Shown: positions 26,683 through 38,317 of the stretch, in pieces | Numbering within the stretch: position 1 is the stretch's first letter | How the letters are laid out: each line of letters begins with the position of its first letter | Assembly (NCBI GenBank): GCA_044507105.1 | Contig: JBIQJX010000005.1 | Coordinates: forward strand, 640-64,639 | DNA from: Nitrosomonas sp. | GTDB taxonomy: Bacteria; Pseudomonadota; Gammaproteobacteria; Burkholderiales; Nitrosomonadaceae | Direction of reading: 5' to 3' | Length of the DNA: 64,000 bases | The notes under the pieces: generated by a model | Databases searched by the model: none | Seen by the model: the letters and a program-made list of their open reading frames with translations, nothing else | Told to the model about the DNA's origin: nothing | Program-made: the position numbers and the translations under genes

Positions 26683-27528
26683 ATGAATGGTAAGTGTAAG
26701 TTGATAGCAGTCCTGTCGGGCTTTGTGACACTCGTTTTTTATTCGGGTGTGGCAGTTTCGAGCAAATACAATTTGCCAGCACCACAGTCCACAATCGCGC
26801 AGCAGATATACGACCAGCATATGCTGGCGCTGTGGATTTGCCTGATAATCTTCATTGGGGTTTTTGGAGTAATGGGTTATTCCATTATCAAGCACCGCAA
26901 ATCAGTCGGGTATAAAGCGGCAAATTTTCATCACAGTACCACTGTAGAGTTTATATGGACCACTATTCCTATATTGATCTTGGTGGGAATGTCGTGGCCA
27001 GCCACCAAGACCGTTATTGCAATGAAGGATACGAGTGAGGCGGATATCACTATCAAAGCTACCGGATATCAGTGGATGTGGGGCTATGATTACATTCAGG
27101 GAGAGGGGGAAGGGATCAGCTTCTATAGTCAACTGACTACTCCCCAGGATCAAATACGTAATCAGGCGCCAAAGGGTGAAAATTATCTGCTGGAAGTAGA
27201 TAATCGTGTGGTAGTGCCTGTGGGCAAAAAAATCAGAGTGCTTATGACGGCAAATGATGTCATTCATGCGTGGTGGGTGCCTGCGCTGGGTGTCAAACAG
27301 GATGCAATCCCTGGTTTTATCCGGGACGCTTGGTTTACTGCAGATTCGCCAGGTATCTATCGCGGTCAATGTGCGGAGTTGTGTGGTAAAGAGCATGGAT
27401 TCATGCCAATAGTTGTTGAGGTGCTGGAACAGGAGAAATATGCACAGTGGGTTGCTGAAAAACAGAACAATGCTTCTGCAGCAGTTGTGAATACAGCGCT
27501 TGTCGAAGAGGGAGCGGACAAGAATTAA
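26683..27528 (+). CDS. coxB: Cytochrome c oxidase subunit II
   Basis: GYQWMWGY, DVIHAWW, CuA motif CAELCGKEHGFM. Confidence 0.97.
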   Translation: MNGKCKLIAVLSGFVTLVFYSGVAVSSKYNLPAPQSTIAQQIYDQHMLALWICLIIFIGVFGVMGYSIIKHRKSVGYKAANFHHSTTVEFIWTTIPILILVGMSWPATKTVIAMKDTSEADITIKATGYQWMWGYDYIQGEGEGISFYSQLTTPQDQIRNQAPKGENYLLEVDNRVVVPVGKKIRVLMTANDVIHAWWVPALGVKQDAIPGFIRDAWFTADSPGIYRGQCAELCGKEHGFMPIVVEVLEQEKYAQWVAEKQNNASAAVVNTALVEEGADKN

Positions 27529-27584
27529 TTAAGCATTTTTGATATATCTGGGATTTAAGCAAAGTTAGTTTAAAGGAGAAGATA

Positions 27585-29162
27585 ATGGCTGTAATACAAG
27601 ATGCTCATGGTCATGGGCATGATCATCCGACCGGCATAATGCGGTGGTTGACCACAACAAATCATAAGGATATTGGTACGCTGTATCTGTGTTTCAGTCT
27701 TACCATGTTTTTTGTGGGTGGGTTTTTGGCGATGGGTATACGTGCCGAGTTGTTTATGCCCGGTATTCAGATACTTGAGCCCGAGTTATTCAACTCGTTT
27801 ACTACGCTGCATGGTCTGATTATGGTTTTTGGCGCGATTATGCCGGCGTTTGTCGGATTTGCAAACTGGCAGGTGCCGCTGATGATAGGTGCGCCGGATA
27901 TGGCTTTTGCGCGGATGAATAACTGGAGTTTCTGGTTGTTGCCAGTTGCAGCGCTATTGCTGATTTCTTCATTTTTTGTGCCGGGCGGTGCAGCGGCAGG
28001 GGGATGGACTTTCTACCCGCCATTGTCCACACAAGGCGGAATGGGTACAGATATGATGCTGTTTGCAATCCATATCCTTGGATTTTCCTCGATTATGGGT
28101 GCCATTAATATCATCACTACCATTCTGAACATGCGGGCACCAGGCATGACGTTGATGAAAATGCCAATGTTCGTATGGACTTGGTTGATTACTGCCTATC
28201 TGCTGGTTCTGGTGATGCCTGTGCTGGCCGGTGCTGTCACAATGGTTCTGACCGATCGTAATTTCGGAACGACCTTCTTCAACGCGGCAGGAGGGGGAGA
28301 TCCGGTTATGTTCCAGCATATCTTCTGGTTCTTCGGTCACCCTGAAGTGTATATCATGATTCTGCCGGCTTTCGGAATCGTTTCTGAAATCATTCCGACA
28401 TTTTCTCGTAAGCCTCTGTTTGGTTATTCCTCAATGGTTTATGCAACCGCATCCATTGCTATCCTGTCATGTTTTGTCTGGGCACACCATATGTTTACAG
28501 TCGGTATGCCAGTTGCAGGGCAGTTGTTCTTTATGTATGCAACCATGTTGATTGCTGTGCCTACGGGAGTTAAGGTTTTCAACTGGACTGCTACCATGTG
28601 GCGCGGCTCTATGACTTTTGAAGTGCCGATGTTGTTTTCGATCGGGTTCATACTGTTGTTTGTTATAGGTGGTTTTAGCGGTGTGGTATGTGCAATTGTT
28701 CCGATTGATATACAAGTGCAGGATACCTACTATGTCATTGCACATTTCCATTACGTACTGGTTTCCGGTGCATTGTTTGGATTGTTTGCAGGCGCCTATT
28801 ACTGGCTGCCAAAATGGACCGGCCACATGTATGACGAAAAACTGGGTAAATGGCACTTCTGGTTATCGATGATTTTCTTTAATGTGGCATTTTTCGTGCA
28901 GCATTTCCTGGGTTTGGCAGGCATGCCTCGCCGGATTCCCGACTACGCACTGCAGTTTGCTGATTTCAATATGATTTCAAGTATAGGTGCGTTTGGGTTC
29001 GGTATTTCACAGCTGCTCTTTGTTTATATCGTCATAAAATGTGTTCGCAGCAAAGAGAAAGCACCAGATAATCCCTGGGAAGGTGCTACCACACTGGAAT
29101 GGACTCATTTGCCTTCTCCAGCGCCCTACCACAGTTTCGAAACACCCCCTGTAATTAAATAA
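27585..29162 (+). CDS. coxA: Cytochrome c oxidase subunit I (A1 type)
   Basis: [34 protein letters not shown]. Confidence 0.99.
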   Translation: MAVIQDAHGHGHDHPTGIMRWLTTTNHKDIGTLYLCFSLTMFFVGGFLAMGIRAELFMPGIQILEPELFNSFTTLHGLIMVFGAIMPAFVGFANWQVPLMIGAPDMAFARMNNWSFWLLPVAALLLISSFFVPGGAAAGGWTFYPPLSTQGGMGTDMMLFAIHILGFSSIMGAINIITTILNMRAPGMTLMKMPMFVWTWLITAYLLVLVMPVLAGAVTMVLTDRNFGTTFFNAAGGGDPVMFQHIFWFFGHPEVYIMILPAFGIVSEIIPTFSRKPLFGYSSMVYATASIAILSCFVWAHHMFTVGMPVAGQLFFMYATMLIAVPTGVKVFNWTATMWRGSMTFEVPMLFSIGFILLFVIGGFSGVVCAIVPIDIQVQDTYYVIAHFHYVLVSGALFGLFAGAYYWLPKWTGHMYDEKLGKWHFWLSMIFFNVAFFVQHFLGLAGMPRRIPDYALQFADFNMISSIGAFGFGISQLLFVYIVIKCVRSKEKAPDNPWEGATTLEWTHLPSPAPYHSFETPPVIK

Positions 29163-29176
29163 GCGGGATGTTTTCG

Positions 29177-29290
29177 ATGTCTCAGGACAAAGACGCAGAA
29201 TTGAAGCGCCGGAAGTTACGGACGGCTTTAATTCTGCTGATCATGGTGGTGGCGGTTTTTATTACAACTGTTATATTCAAACAACAATGA
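29177..29290 (+). CDS. Small single-TM cytochrome oxidase assembly-type protein (alternative start 29168)
   Basis: Manual translation MSQDKDAELKRRKLRTALILLIMVVAVFITTVIFKQQ*; stop overlaps ctaG start; typical position in betaproteobacterial cox operons. Confidence 0.7.
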   Translation: MSQDKDAELKRRKLRTALILLIMVVAVFITTVIFKQQ

Positions 29291-29817
29291 TGAAGCAAGA
29301 TGTAACCAAGACTAACGTAGATATACTGAAAAAATTATTGATGTTTAGTGTGATTATGTTTGGTTTTGGTTACGCACTTGTGCCGCTTTACGAGAAATTT
29401 TGTGAAGTGACTGGCATATATGAGCTGGAGCGTCCGGATGCACGCGCTAAAGTTACCGAAGTGGATGAAACCAGAATGATCAACATCCAGCTGGATGCAA
29501 ACGTTAATGGACTTCCGTGGAAATTCAGGCCGGTACAATCCAGTGTTCGTTTACATCCCGGTAAGCTTACGGAGGTAATGTATGAAATCAGTAATGAATC
29601 AAATGAGGCTCAGACCGGTCAGGCTATTCCTAGCTACAGCCCGAGGAATCTCGAGAGATATCTGAGAAAATTTGAATGTTTTTGTTTTTCCAAACAAGAG
29701 CTTCAAGGAGGGGAGGTCAGGCAGATGCCAGTGAGATTCATGATTGACCCGGAAATTCCTGAAGATATTCATACGGTTACAGTGTCTTACACTTTTTTTA
29801 TGCTGAAATCTGATTAA
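29287..29817 (+). CDS. ctaG: Cytochrome c oxidase assembly protein CtaG/Cox11
   Basis: FGFGYALVPLYEKFCEVTG, ECFCF. Confidence 0.95.
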   Translation: MMKQDVTKTNVDILKKLLMFSVIMFGFGYALVPLYEKFCEVTGIYELERPDARAKVTEVDETRMINIQLDANVNGLPWKFRPVQSSVRLHPGKLTEVMYEISNESNEAQTGQAIPSYSPRNLERYLRKFECFCFSKQELQGGEVRQMPVRFMIDPEIPEDIHTVTVSYTFFMLKSD

Positions 29818-29828
29818 TCGAATTAAAA

Positions 29829-30062
29829 ATGCGAGAACTGGATAAAGATAAGTCAAGTGATGAAGATGATTCGAAGAAAAAGGCTTCTGTTTTTCAGGTG
29901 GCGCAGGCAGTTTTATTTTCGTTTATCGGTATCAGGAAAAAGAGTGATCTGGAATATGATGCTGCCCGGATAAAGCCTCTTCAAGTAGTCATTGGGGGGC
30001 TGGTAGGCGGTACTTTGTTTGTTTTGAGTATATTGTTGATAGTCAGATTTGTAACAAGTTAG
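29829..30062 (+). CDS. DUF2970-family membrane protein
   Basis: AVLFSFIGIRK..D..D...PLQVVIGG; between ctaG and coxC. Confidence 0.82.
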   Translation: MRELDKDKSSDEDDSKKKASVFQVAQAVLFSFIGIRKKSDLEYDAARIKPLQVVIGGLVGGTLFVLSILLIVRFVTS

Positions 30063-30089
30063 GTTTGATAAATTGAGGAGGAGAAGTAT

Positions 30090-30935
30090 ATGAGTCAAGG
30101 AGCGGGTTATTATGTACCGTCCCCATCCAAGTGGCCGATTATAGGATCGACTGCCTTATTTTTCATGGGATTTGGTGCAGCGTTTACCATGAATAAACTG
30201 CCATTTGGATATGGCATGTTAATAGTGGGGCTGATGATACTTGCATATTTGCTGTATGGTTGGTTTAGTGAGGTAGCCCGGGAGAGTGAAGCAGGAAAAT
30301 ACAAGGAACAGGAAGATAAATCCTTCAGATGGAGTATGGGCTGGTTTATTTTTTCTGAGGTTATGTTCTTTGCATCTTTTTTTGGAGCACTGTTTTATAT
30401 GAGAGTGCATTCAATACCATGGTTGGCGGATGCTGAACATGAACTGCTCTGGCCGGGCTATACCGGTGAGTGGCCAACTGCAGGACCAGGCATAGATGAA
30501 AAATTTACTCCGATGGGGGCATGGGGAATTCCTGCAATTAATACGCTTTTACTGTTGACTTCAGGTGTGACTCTTACCTTGGCGCACTGGGCACTGAAAA
30601 AGAATGATCGTGGGGCGTTAAAGGTATGGTTATTTGTAACTATTGCGTTGGGTATCACGTTCCTGGGCTTTCAGATTTATGAGTATGGGCATGCTTACGC
30701 AGATTTAAACCTTAAAATGTCCAGTGGGGCCTATGGATCTACTTTCTTCATGTTGACTGGTTTTCACGGATTTCATGTGACTGTTGGTACCATCATGTTG
30801 ATCGTGATTTTCTGCAGATGTCTGGCAGGTCACTTTACACCGGAACAACATTTCGGGTTTGAAGGGGTGGCTTGGTACTGGCATTTTGTGGACGTTGTAT
30901 GGCTTGGGTTGTTTATTTTTGTCTACTTGCTGTGA
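30090..30935 (+). CDS. coxC: Cytochrome c oxidase subunit III
   Basis: FIFSEVMFF, NTLLLLTSG, TGFHGFHV, WYWHFVDVVW. Confidence 0.98.
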   Translation: MSQGAGYYVPSPSKWPIIGSTALFFMGFGAAFTMNKLPFGYGMLIVGLMILAYLLYGWFSEVARESEAGKYKEQEDKSFRWSMGWFIFSEVMFFASFFGALFYMRVHSIPWLADAEHELLWPGYTGEWPTAGPGIDEKFTPMGAWGIPAINTLLLLTSGVTLTLAHWALKKNDRGALKVWLFVTIALGITFLGFQIYEYGHAYADLNLKMSSGAYGSTFFMLTGFHGFHVTVGTIMLIVIFCRCLAGHFTPEQHFGFEGVAWYWHFVDVVWLGLFIFVYLL

Positions 30936-30990
30936 TAACCAGTAGATAAATTGGTGAGAACTGTCTCACACTAAATTGATGCTAACCCTG

Positions 30991-31026
30991 AAGGCTCAGT
31001 CCTGTTATACCGATGGACTGGGCCTT
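30991..31026 (+). terminator. Stem-loop after coxC
   Basis: AAGGCTCAGTCC...GGACTGGGCCTT. Confidence 0.5.
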
Positions 31027-31058
31027 TATCAGGAAATATAAGAGAAGCGCCAGGTTTA

Positions 31059-31778
31059 ATGCTTGATTTACGATATCAGTTCAAGCCGGCATTATGGTCG
31101 ACGATAGTTGTACTATTAATGACTGCTCTCTTTTTAAGGCTGGGATTTTGGCAGTTATCCAGAGCTGAGGAAAAAGATATTCAATTCACACTCTTGGAAC
31201 ATTATGCTCAGCAACCACCGGTAACCGTGCCTGCGTCATTCGTCGAGCTGGACGATTATTTGTATCGACAGGTTGAAGTACGCGGATATTTCGATTCGGA
31301 ATATACTATATTTCTGGATAACAAGCTTTATCAGGGAATTGCCGGTTATCATGTGCTTACCCCTATGAGACTGGCAAACAGCAAGATGTATGTGCTGGTT
31401 AACCGGGGATGGGTTCCCGGGGGGCATGATCGTTCTCAGCTGCCTGATATCCGGACTCCAGTTGATCAGATTATCCTGACAGGTATTGTGATTTCTCCCT
31501 CAGTAAAAGCATTGATGCTTTCGGATGAACAGGTTGCTGGCAAAGTCTGGCAAAATTTTGATCTGGATAGCTATCAGCGCATGACCGGTTTGACTTTTCA
31601 ACCCTTACTGTTACTGCAGCAGGATAACGCTGTGGATGATGGATTGGTACGTCAGTGGGAGAAGCCTGATTCGGGGGCTTCAAAAAATATTGGCTATGCT
31701 TTTCAGTGGTTTTCTCTCGCTGTTGTGACCTTAATTATCTATCTGGTATTAAATGTCAAACGAAAAGGTGTCGAATAG
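31059..31778 (+). CDS. SURF1 family oxidase biogenesis protein
   Basis: LGFWQLSRA, LVNRGWVP, YAFQWF. Confidence 0.93.
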   Translation: MLDLRYQFKPALWSTIVVLLMTALFLRLGFWQLSRAEEKDIQFTLLEHYAQQPPVTVPASFVELDDYLYRQVEVRGYFDSEYTIFLDNKLYQGIAGYHVLTPMRLANSKMYVLVNRGWVPGGHDRSQLPDIRTPVDQIILTGIVISPSVKALMLSDEQVAGKVWQNFDLDSYQRMTGLTFQPLLLLQQDNAVDDGLVRQWEKPDSGASKNIGYAFQWFSLAVVTLIIYLVLNVKRKGVE

Positions 31779-32334
31779 CAGACTGAAGCTGGTTTTGCTG
31801 ATATTGATAATTCTGTCTCCAATAGTAATTTCTTCTTTCCTGCACAGGTGGAATATTCATCCAGATAAGACGGTGAATTACGGGGAATTGATCGAAGTTA
31901 CGCCTTTAAAAGGGTCGGCGACAGATCTTGAGAATAATACAATTTTCAGGAGCCGTCAGTTTAAAGGTAAGTGGACTTTGCTGATGATAGATTCGGGCCA
32001 GTGTGGAGAAGATTGTCAGGACAAACTTTACAAAATGCGGCAGGTCCGCCTGGTGCAGCATGTTGATAAGGATAAAGTTCAGCGTATCTGGTTGATTAAT
32101 GATGATCTGCGGCCTGATTCCGCAATCATTGATGAATATCAGGGAACCAGGTTAGTGCTTGCAAAAGGAAGGGATTTGCTGGAGGAGTTTCCTTATGTCA
32201 ACACTCAGGCAGATCATATCTACGTGGTCGATCCGATGGGTAATTTGATGATGAGATATGCGGCAAATGTAGACCCTAAGGAAATGGTGGCCGATATAAA
32301 GAGATTACTGAAACTTTCTCATATAGAACATTGA
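31753..32334 (+). CDS. SCO/thioredoxin-like membrane-anchored oxidase accessory protein
   Basis: N-terminal TM, NYGEL, CGEDC (CxxxC), [17 protein letters not shown]. Confidence 0.75.
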   Translation: MSNEKVSNSRLKLVLLILIILSPIVISSFLHRWNIHPDKTVNYGELIEVTPLKGSATDLENNTIFRSRQFKGKWTLLMIDSGQCGEDCQDKLYKMRQVRLVQHVDKDKVQRIWLINDDLRPDSAIIDEYQGTRLVLAKGRDLLEEFPYVNTQADHIYVVDPMGNLMMRYAANVDPKEMVADIKRLLKLSHIEH

Positions 32335-32410
32335 GAAATGGCAGTTTAAGAAAAAAACGACAAATTTTACTATCCTGTTTGTAGCAAATGATTATTGCAA
32401 GGAGTGGGTA

Positions 32411-33307
32411 ATGACAACAAATTCATTAGCATGGCAGCAAGCGTCGGCACGTATCCAGCAGTTCTATCGACTTACCAAACCTCGCGTTGTTTCTCTAATA
32501 GTTTTTACTGCAGTGATCGGGATGTTTTTATCGGTTCCCGGAGCAGTGCCACTCGATATATTGATATTAGGTACAGTTGGTATCTCGCTCGTTGCCGGAG
32601 CTGCTGCAGCGCTCAATTGTCTGGTTGAATATAAATTTGATGCGGTCATGGCTCGTACAAGAGGCAGGCCTTTGCCTCAGGGAAAAGTAAGTGTACCGGA
32701 GACGCTGTTTTTCCTGGTGCTGGTTGGCGGGTTGGGCTTATTCATTCTTCACCAGTGGGTCAATCCTTTGACTATGTGGCTGACTTTCGGGACATTTGTG
32801 GGGTATGCGATCATATATACGATCATCCTCAAACCACTTACGCCGCAGAATATTGTTATCGGAGGAGCTTCCGGCGCAATGCCTCCAGTGCTGGGATGGG
32901 CCGCTGTTACAGGAGAAATATCAGCTGATGCACTGCTGTTATTTCTTATCATTTTTGCCTGGACTCCACCGCATTTCTGGGCTTTGGCACTGTATCGCAA
33001 AGCAGAATATGCAAAAATAGGAATGCCTATGCTTCCGGTTACACATGGCGATGCCTTTACACGTCTGCATGTGTTACTGTATACGATCATTCTGTGTATC
33101 GTAACGGTTTTACCTTATCTTACCCAAATGAGTGGGCTAATTTATCTGGCCAGTGTAGTGGTCCTTGATGCGATATTCCTCTTCTATGCAATCAGAATTT
33201 ATCTGAATTACAGTGACCAGCTTGCAAGAGAAACCTTTCGGTATTCTATAGTTTATCTGGCATTATTATTTACAGCCCTACTAGTGGACCACTATCTTTA
33301 CATCTAA
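32411..33307 (+). CDS. ctaB: Protoheme IX farnesyltransferase (heme O synthase)
   Basis: [36 protein letters not shown]. Confidence 0.97.
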   Translation: MTTNSLAWQQASARIQQFYRLTKPRVVSLIVFTAVIGMFLSVPGAVPLDILILGTVGISLVAGAAAALNCLVEYKFDAVMARTRGRPLPQGKVSVPETLFFLVLVGGLGLFILHQWVNPLTMWLTFGTFVGYAIIYTIILKPLTPQNIVIGGASGAMPPVLGWAAVTGEISADALLLFLIIFAWTPPHFWALALYRKAEYAKIGMPMLPVTHGDAFTRLHVLLYTIILCIVTVLPYLTQMSGLIYLASVVVLDAIFLFYAIRIYLNYSDQLARETFRYSIVYLALLFTALLVDHYLYI

Positions 33308-33337
33308 GTATTAAATTAAAAGAAGTTTTATTTTGAC

Positions 33338-33377
33338 ATAGCGGTTCCAGAAGGGCTATTCCTCCTGGAGCCGCTAT
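33338..33377. terminator. Probable bidirectional terminator between convergent genes
   Basis: ATAGCGGTTCCAG...CTGGAGCCGCTAT. Confidence 0.6.
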
Positions 33378-33397
33378 TTCAGTCTGAAGATAATAAG

Positions 33398-34759
33398 TTA
33401 TGGAAACAACTTCCCTGGATTGAGGATGTTACCAGGATCAAATGTCCGCTTAATTTGCTTCATCAATGCCAACGTGGCTTCATTGAGTTCTTTTCCAATA
33501 TACGCACGTTTTTCTGAACCTATGCCATGTTCGCCTGAAAGCGTGCCATTGAGACTGATTACCAAATCAAATATCTGATCCAGGCATTTTTCGGCTCGCT
33601 GGCTTTCATGGGAATCGTCCGGGTCAATAAGCAGATTGACATGTATATTTCCATTGCCTGCATGACCAAAATTCACATTGGAAATCTGATATTGCTGACA
33701 TAATCTGGTTAGTCCGGTCAGCAGTAGCGGGATTTTATCGACAGGTACAGCGATATCTTCATTGATTTTTTTCGGTGCAATATCACGTAATAGTGGGGAC
33801 AGTGTTTTTCTGGCCTTCCATAAATCTGCCGGGTGTGCGACAGGTAATGCCTGCAGTAACCCTGAATTTCGGCAGACGATCGTTAGCCGGGATGTCATCT
33901 CGGAAATTTCATGCTCTGTACCATCTACTTCAATCATGAGCATGGCACGGGAATCGGCAGGAACGGGATATTTGGTGCGAATGAGATTGAGTGATCCCGC
34001 ATCCAGAAATTCAAGGGCACTGGGTCCCTGTGGTTCTTTCATGATACTGACAATTGCCAGCGCGCAGCTGGCTGCATCCCGATAGTGAGCGACAAGCCCG
34101 CCTTTCGCAACCGGTAAAGGGGTCAGCTTGAGCGTCATTTCTGTAATGACAGCGAGTGTGCCTTCTGAACCAATCAACAACCTGGTAAGGTCGTATCCTA
34201 CGACACCTTTGGTGGTGTAGCAGCCAGTTTTGATTATGTCACCTTTACCTGTTACAGCAGTTAATCCCAATACGTGATCTCGGGTTGTCCCATATTTAAC
34301 TGCATGCGGCCCCCCTGCACAGGTGGCAAGATTTCCCCCAATACTTGAATAGCCCGCGCTGGAGGGATCAGGTGGCCAAAAAAAACCGTGAGGTCTGACG
34401 GCGCTCTGAACAGATTCATTCAGAACACCTGGCTCTGCGATGAGTGCCCGATTAGCCGGGTCGACCGATATGATCTGTGTCATGCGTTCAAGTGAGAGAG
34501 TGACACCTCCCTGTTCTGCCAGACTGCCGCCGGCAGTACCAGTACCCCGTCCGCGAGGTGTAACGGGAATTTTGAATTGATTGCATAACTGGATTACTTT
34601 TACGACTTCTTCTGTGGTTAAGGGAAAAATAACGCAGTCAGGTGGAAAAAATTTTCTGCTGTTATCGTAAGCGTAAGCGTAGCAATCTACCGGATCGGTA
34701 TAGAGACGGTCAGGTGGAATCTGATTCTGAAGTGATATGATAAATCCGGCAGGCAGCAT
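33398..34759 (-). CDS. FAD-linked 2-hydroxyacid oxidase (GlcD-like)
   Basis: PRGRGTG, GSEGTL, FGHAGNGNIH, SGEHGIG, LNPGK. Confidence 0.88.
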   Translation of the reverse strand: MLPAGFIISLQNQIPPDRLYTDPVDCYAYAYDNSRKFFPPDCVIFPLTTEEVVKVIQLCNQFKIPVTPRGRGTGTAGGSLAEQGGVTLSLERMTQIISVDPANRALIAEPGVLNESVQSAVRPHGFFWPPDPSSAGYSSIGGNLATCAGGPHAVKYGTTRDHVLGLTAVTGKGDIIKTGCYTTKGVVGYDLTRLLIGSEGTLAVITEMTLKLTPLPVAKGGLVAHYRDAASCALAIVSIMKEPQGPSALEFLDAGSLNLIRTKYPVPADSRAMLMIEVDGTEHEISEMTSRLTIVCRNSGLLQALPVAHPADLWKARKTLSPLLRDIAPKKINEDIAVPVDKIPLLLTGLTRLCQQYQISNVNFGHAGNGNIHVNLLIDPDDSHESQRAEKCLDQIFDLVISLNGTLSGEHGIGSEKRAYIGKELNEATLALMKQIKRTFDPGNILNPGKLFP

Positions 34760-34811
34760 GTGTCAGAATCCGTGATGGCTCCGGCAGGAATGCAACACTA
34801 TACTTAACTGT

Positions 34812-35393
34812 TTAATCCAGATACTCAAATACTTTGACGACTTTGGTGACACTGGGTGTTGTACTGGCAATTCGGGTGGCGGTGTCTCCCTCTTTCCGTG
34901 TAACCAGTCCCAGCAGATACACTACACCGTTTTCTGTAATCACCTTAATATGATTGATCTGGAATACGCCATTGTTGAGGAAGCGTGTTTTAACCTTAGA
35001 AGTAATCAATGTGTCATTGCTGCGAGAGGCCAGTGAGCTCTTTTTAGTAACTTCGATTTCATTGAAAACATTTTGTACGTTTTCAATACTCATTGCCAGC
35101 TTTGCTGCTTCTTTTTTGGTGGATTCATCAGGTGCTTCTCCAGTCAGAAGAACGCTACGATTGAAGCTGGTGACATTGACATGCACTTTATCTCCCAGAC
35201 TTTCACTTATTCGCCGGCTGGTTTTGAGTTCGATTCGCTCATCTTCTATGAAAATGCCACTGCTGCGTCGATCTTCAACCATTAATGCACCGGTACCGGC
35301 GCCAGCTCCGACTCCCGTTAAAACCATAGGTACACAGCCCCCCAGCAGAGATACCAGTATCCAAGGCAGCAAACTGATGAAAATATTTCGCAT
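34812..35393 (-). CDS. Dual-BON-domain lipoprotein (DolP/YraP-like)
   Basis: Lipobox LGGC, DRRSSG, two BON domains, VVKVFEY. Confidence 0.9.
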   Translation of the reverse strand: MRNIFISLLPWILVSLLGGCVPMVLTGVGAGAGTGALMVEDRRSSGIFIEDERIELKTSRRISESLGDKVHVNVTSFNRSVLLTGEAPDESTKKEAAKLAMSIENVQNVFNEIEVTKKSSLASRSNDTLITSKVKTRFLNNGVFQINHIKVITENGVVYLLGLVTRKEGDTATRIASTTPSVTKVVKVFEYLD

Positions 35394-35665
35394 AATAATT
35401 TAGACACAGAAGAGAGTTTATTTATTGAGATGCAACCTGAAGTACATGAACCAAACGGATCCGTAATATTATTTAAATAAACCAAGAAAATATAAAGTAT
35501 GTAGTCTAACACCGGTTTGGCCTATACTGCCGTTCAATCGTCGCTCTTTATTGTTTGCAGACAAAACCTTAAAATGCAAATCTGATTTTGCTTTATGCGG
35601 TTCATATTGTTCAATGTATGGTTATTTTCATGGATAAGTATGAAGTTCTCGACTGAATATCATAT

Positions 35666-36031
35666 ATGACGATCAGGACGATATTGGTAGTTGATGATTC
35701 CCCTACAGACCGCCATATCCTTTTCAGTATTCTGACTAAGAACGGATATCAGGTAGGTATGGCTGAAAGTGGTGAAGAAGGTGTCATCAAGGCCAGAGAA
35801 ACCTGGCCAGATCTGGTTCTGATGGATGTGGTGATGCCGGGGATCAATGGGTTCCAGGCGACACGCATGCTCGCACGGGATGAGGCCACGCGGCATATCC
35901 CTGTTATTCTTTGCACGACCAAAAATCAGCAAACCGATAAAATTTGGGGATTGCGGCAAGGCGCGCAGGACTATATTACTAAACCGGTGGTGGCTGAAGA
36001 GTTACTGAAAAAAATTACCGGGCTGGATTAA
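35666..36031 (+). CDS. pilH: Single-domain response regulator PilH
   Basis: VDDSPT, LMDVVMPGINGFQATR, TDKIWGLRQGA. Confidence 0.9.
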   Translation: MTIRTILVVDDSPTDRHILFSILTKNGYQVGMAESGEEGVIKARETWPDLVLMDVVMPGINGFQATRMLARDEATRHIPVILCTTKNQQTDKIWGLRQGAQDYITKPVVAEELLKKITGLD

Positions 36032-36078
36032 GGTCGAATGCTGATCAAGCCAGGTATTGTGTTGGAGTAGATTATCAA

Positions 36079-36564
36079 TTGCCACTGACTAAGCAAATTA
36101 GCAGAAAAATCCAAAAAGCTTCAGCTACCATTCCAGTATTAGGGGTCATGATTGGTGAAGAACGATGGCTGGTTCCGATGAATGATATCGGTCAAATATT
36201 ACCCGTACCTAAAATCATAACTCCGGTTTTTTTGACACATTCCTGGTTTCTGGGGGTTATCAATGCACATGGCAATCTTTATGGTGTATGTGATCTGGCT
36301 CGCTATCTGCATCAGATACCGACCCCGATCGAAGCAAAGAGTCGTCTCTTTTTGGCCGCCCCTCGCCTGGATATGAACTGTGCCATGCTCGCCGGGAGCG
36401 TACTGGGTATCAGAAATCTGCTGGAATTTACCTGTCAACCATACCCTGAAGACACTCGACCTGTCGTAACCGAAATTTATAATGACCGGCAGGGCAGAAT
36501 ATGGCGTGTTCTGAATCTGCCCGTCCTGGTACGACTTAAATCCTTTCTGCAGGTCGCCCGGTGA
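36079..36564 (+). CDS. pilI: CheW-like protein PilI
   Basis: TPVFLTHSWFLGVINAHGNLYGVCDL; follows pilH. Confidence 0.8.
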   Translation: MPLTKQISRKIQKASATIPVLGVMIGEERWLVPMNDIGQILPVPKIITPVFLTHSWFLGVINAHGNLYGVCDLARYLHQIPTPIEAKSRLFLAAPRLDMNCAMLAGSVLGIRNLLEFTCQPYPEDTRPVVTEIYNDRQGRIWRVLNLPVLVRLKSFLQVAR

Positions 36565-37533
<969 letters not shown>

Positions 37534-37648
37534 CAATTATCTCAGAGGTTTAGAGCATTTTTTTGTCAGGTGTTTACACTTTATTTTCTCAATAGCACAC
37601 CCCATCTCGTTTATAGAGACAGAAATCTGTTTGCATTTGCACCAAAAC

Positions 37649-38180
37649 TGCTCTAGCCCCGCTTTATGATGGTATGGATTGATGATAAAGCGTTCTGGTT
37701 CGTTTTGCCGGCATTTGATGATGTATTCATAAGGAGTGGGTCCTCGCAGGGTTTTGAGCCTGCCTGGCGAAGTTACCGGCATTCAGAAAGTGTAGAGATG
37801 TTCTCGCAACTGCTGATGATTGTCGTAATGATAGCGTTTGACGGTTGCTTCTTTGAGAGTACGGTTCATGCGCTCGACTTGGCCATTGGTCCAGGGATGA
37901 TTGGGCCTGATCAGGCGATGTTCCATACCATTTTCCAGATAGACGCGATCGAAGCTATGTAAGGAGGCATACTTGTCTGTTTTGCGATGAGTGAACTGGA
38001 TGCCGTTGTCTGTCAGGATGGTATGGATTTTGTAGGGTACGGTAGCGATAAGATTGCGCAGAAACTAGCGCGGCTTCTATTTTGCCGTCTCTGGGCAATA
38101 ATTCAGCATAAGCGAACTTGCCGGTTCGGTCGATAGCAACGAACAGATACAATTTGCCTTCTTCTATCCGCACTCTCAAA
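37649..38180 (-). pseudogene. IS481-family transposase remnant (5'-truncated, frameshifted)
   Basis: Joined frames: EGKLYLFVAIDRT...TILTDNGIQF...HPWTNGQVERMNRTLKEATVKRYHY...LKTLRGPTPYE...NPYHHKAGL; at least two frameshifts. Confidence 0.88.
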
Positions 38181-38317
38181 TATTGCTTCATTGTTTCTCC
38201 GCGACATTAACAGTTCATCCATGGCAGTACCTCTCGTCATTAGTAAATCACCTCTGGCAGCGTGAGTGAGGTTTAAAAATTAATAGGTTATGAGCTGTGT
38301 TGATACAGACTATATCC

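Noticed and set aside
37666..37962. 98-aa plus-strand ORF
   Set aside because: Antisense shadow of the IS481 remnant
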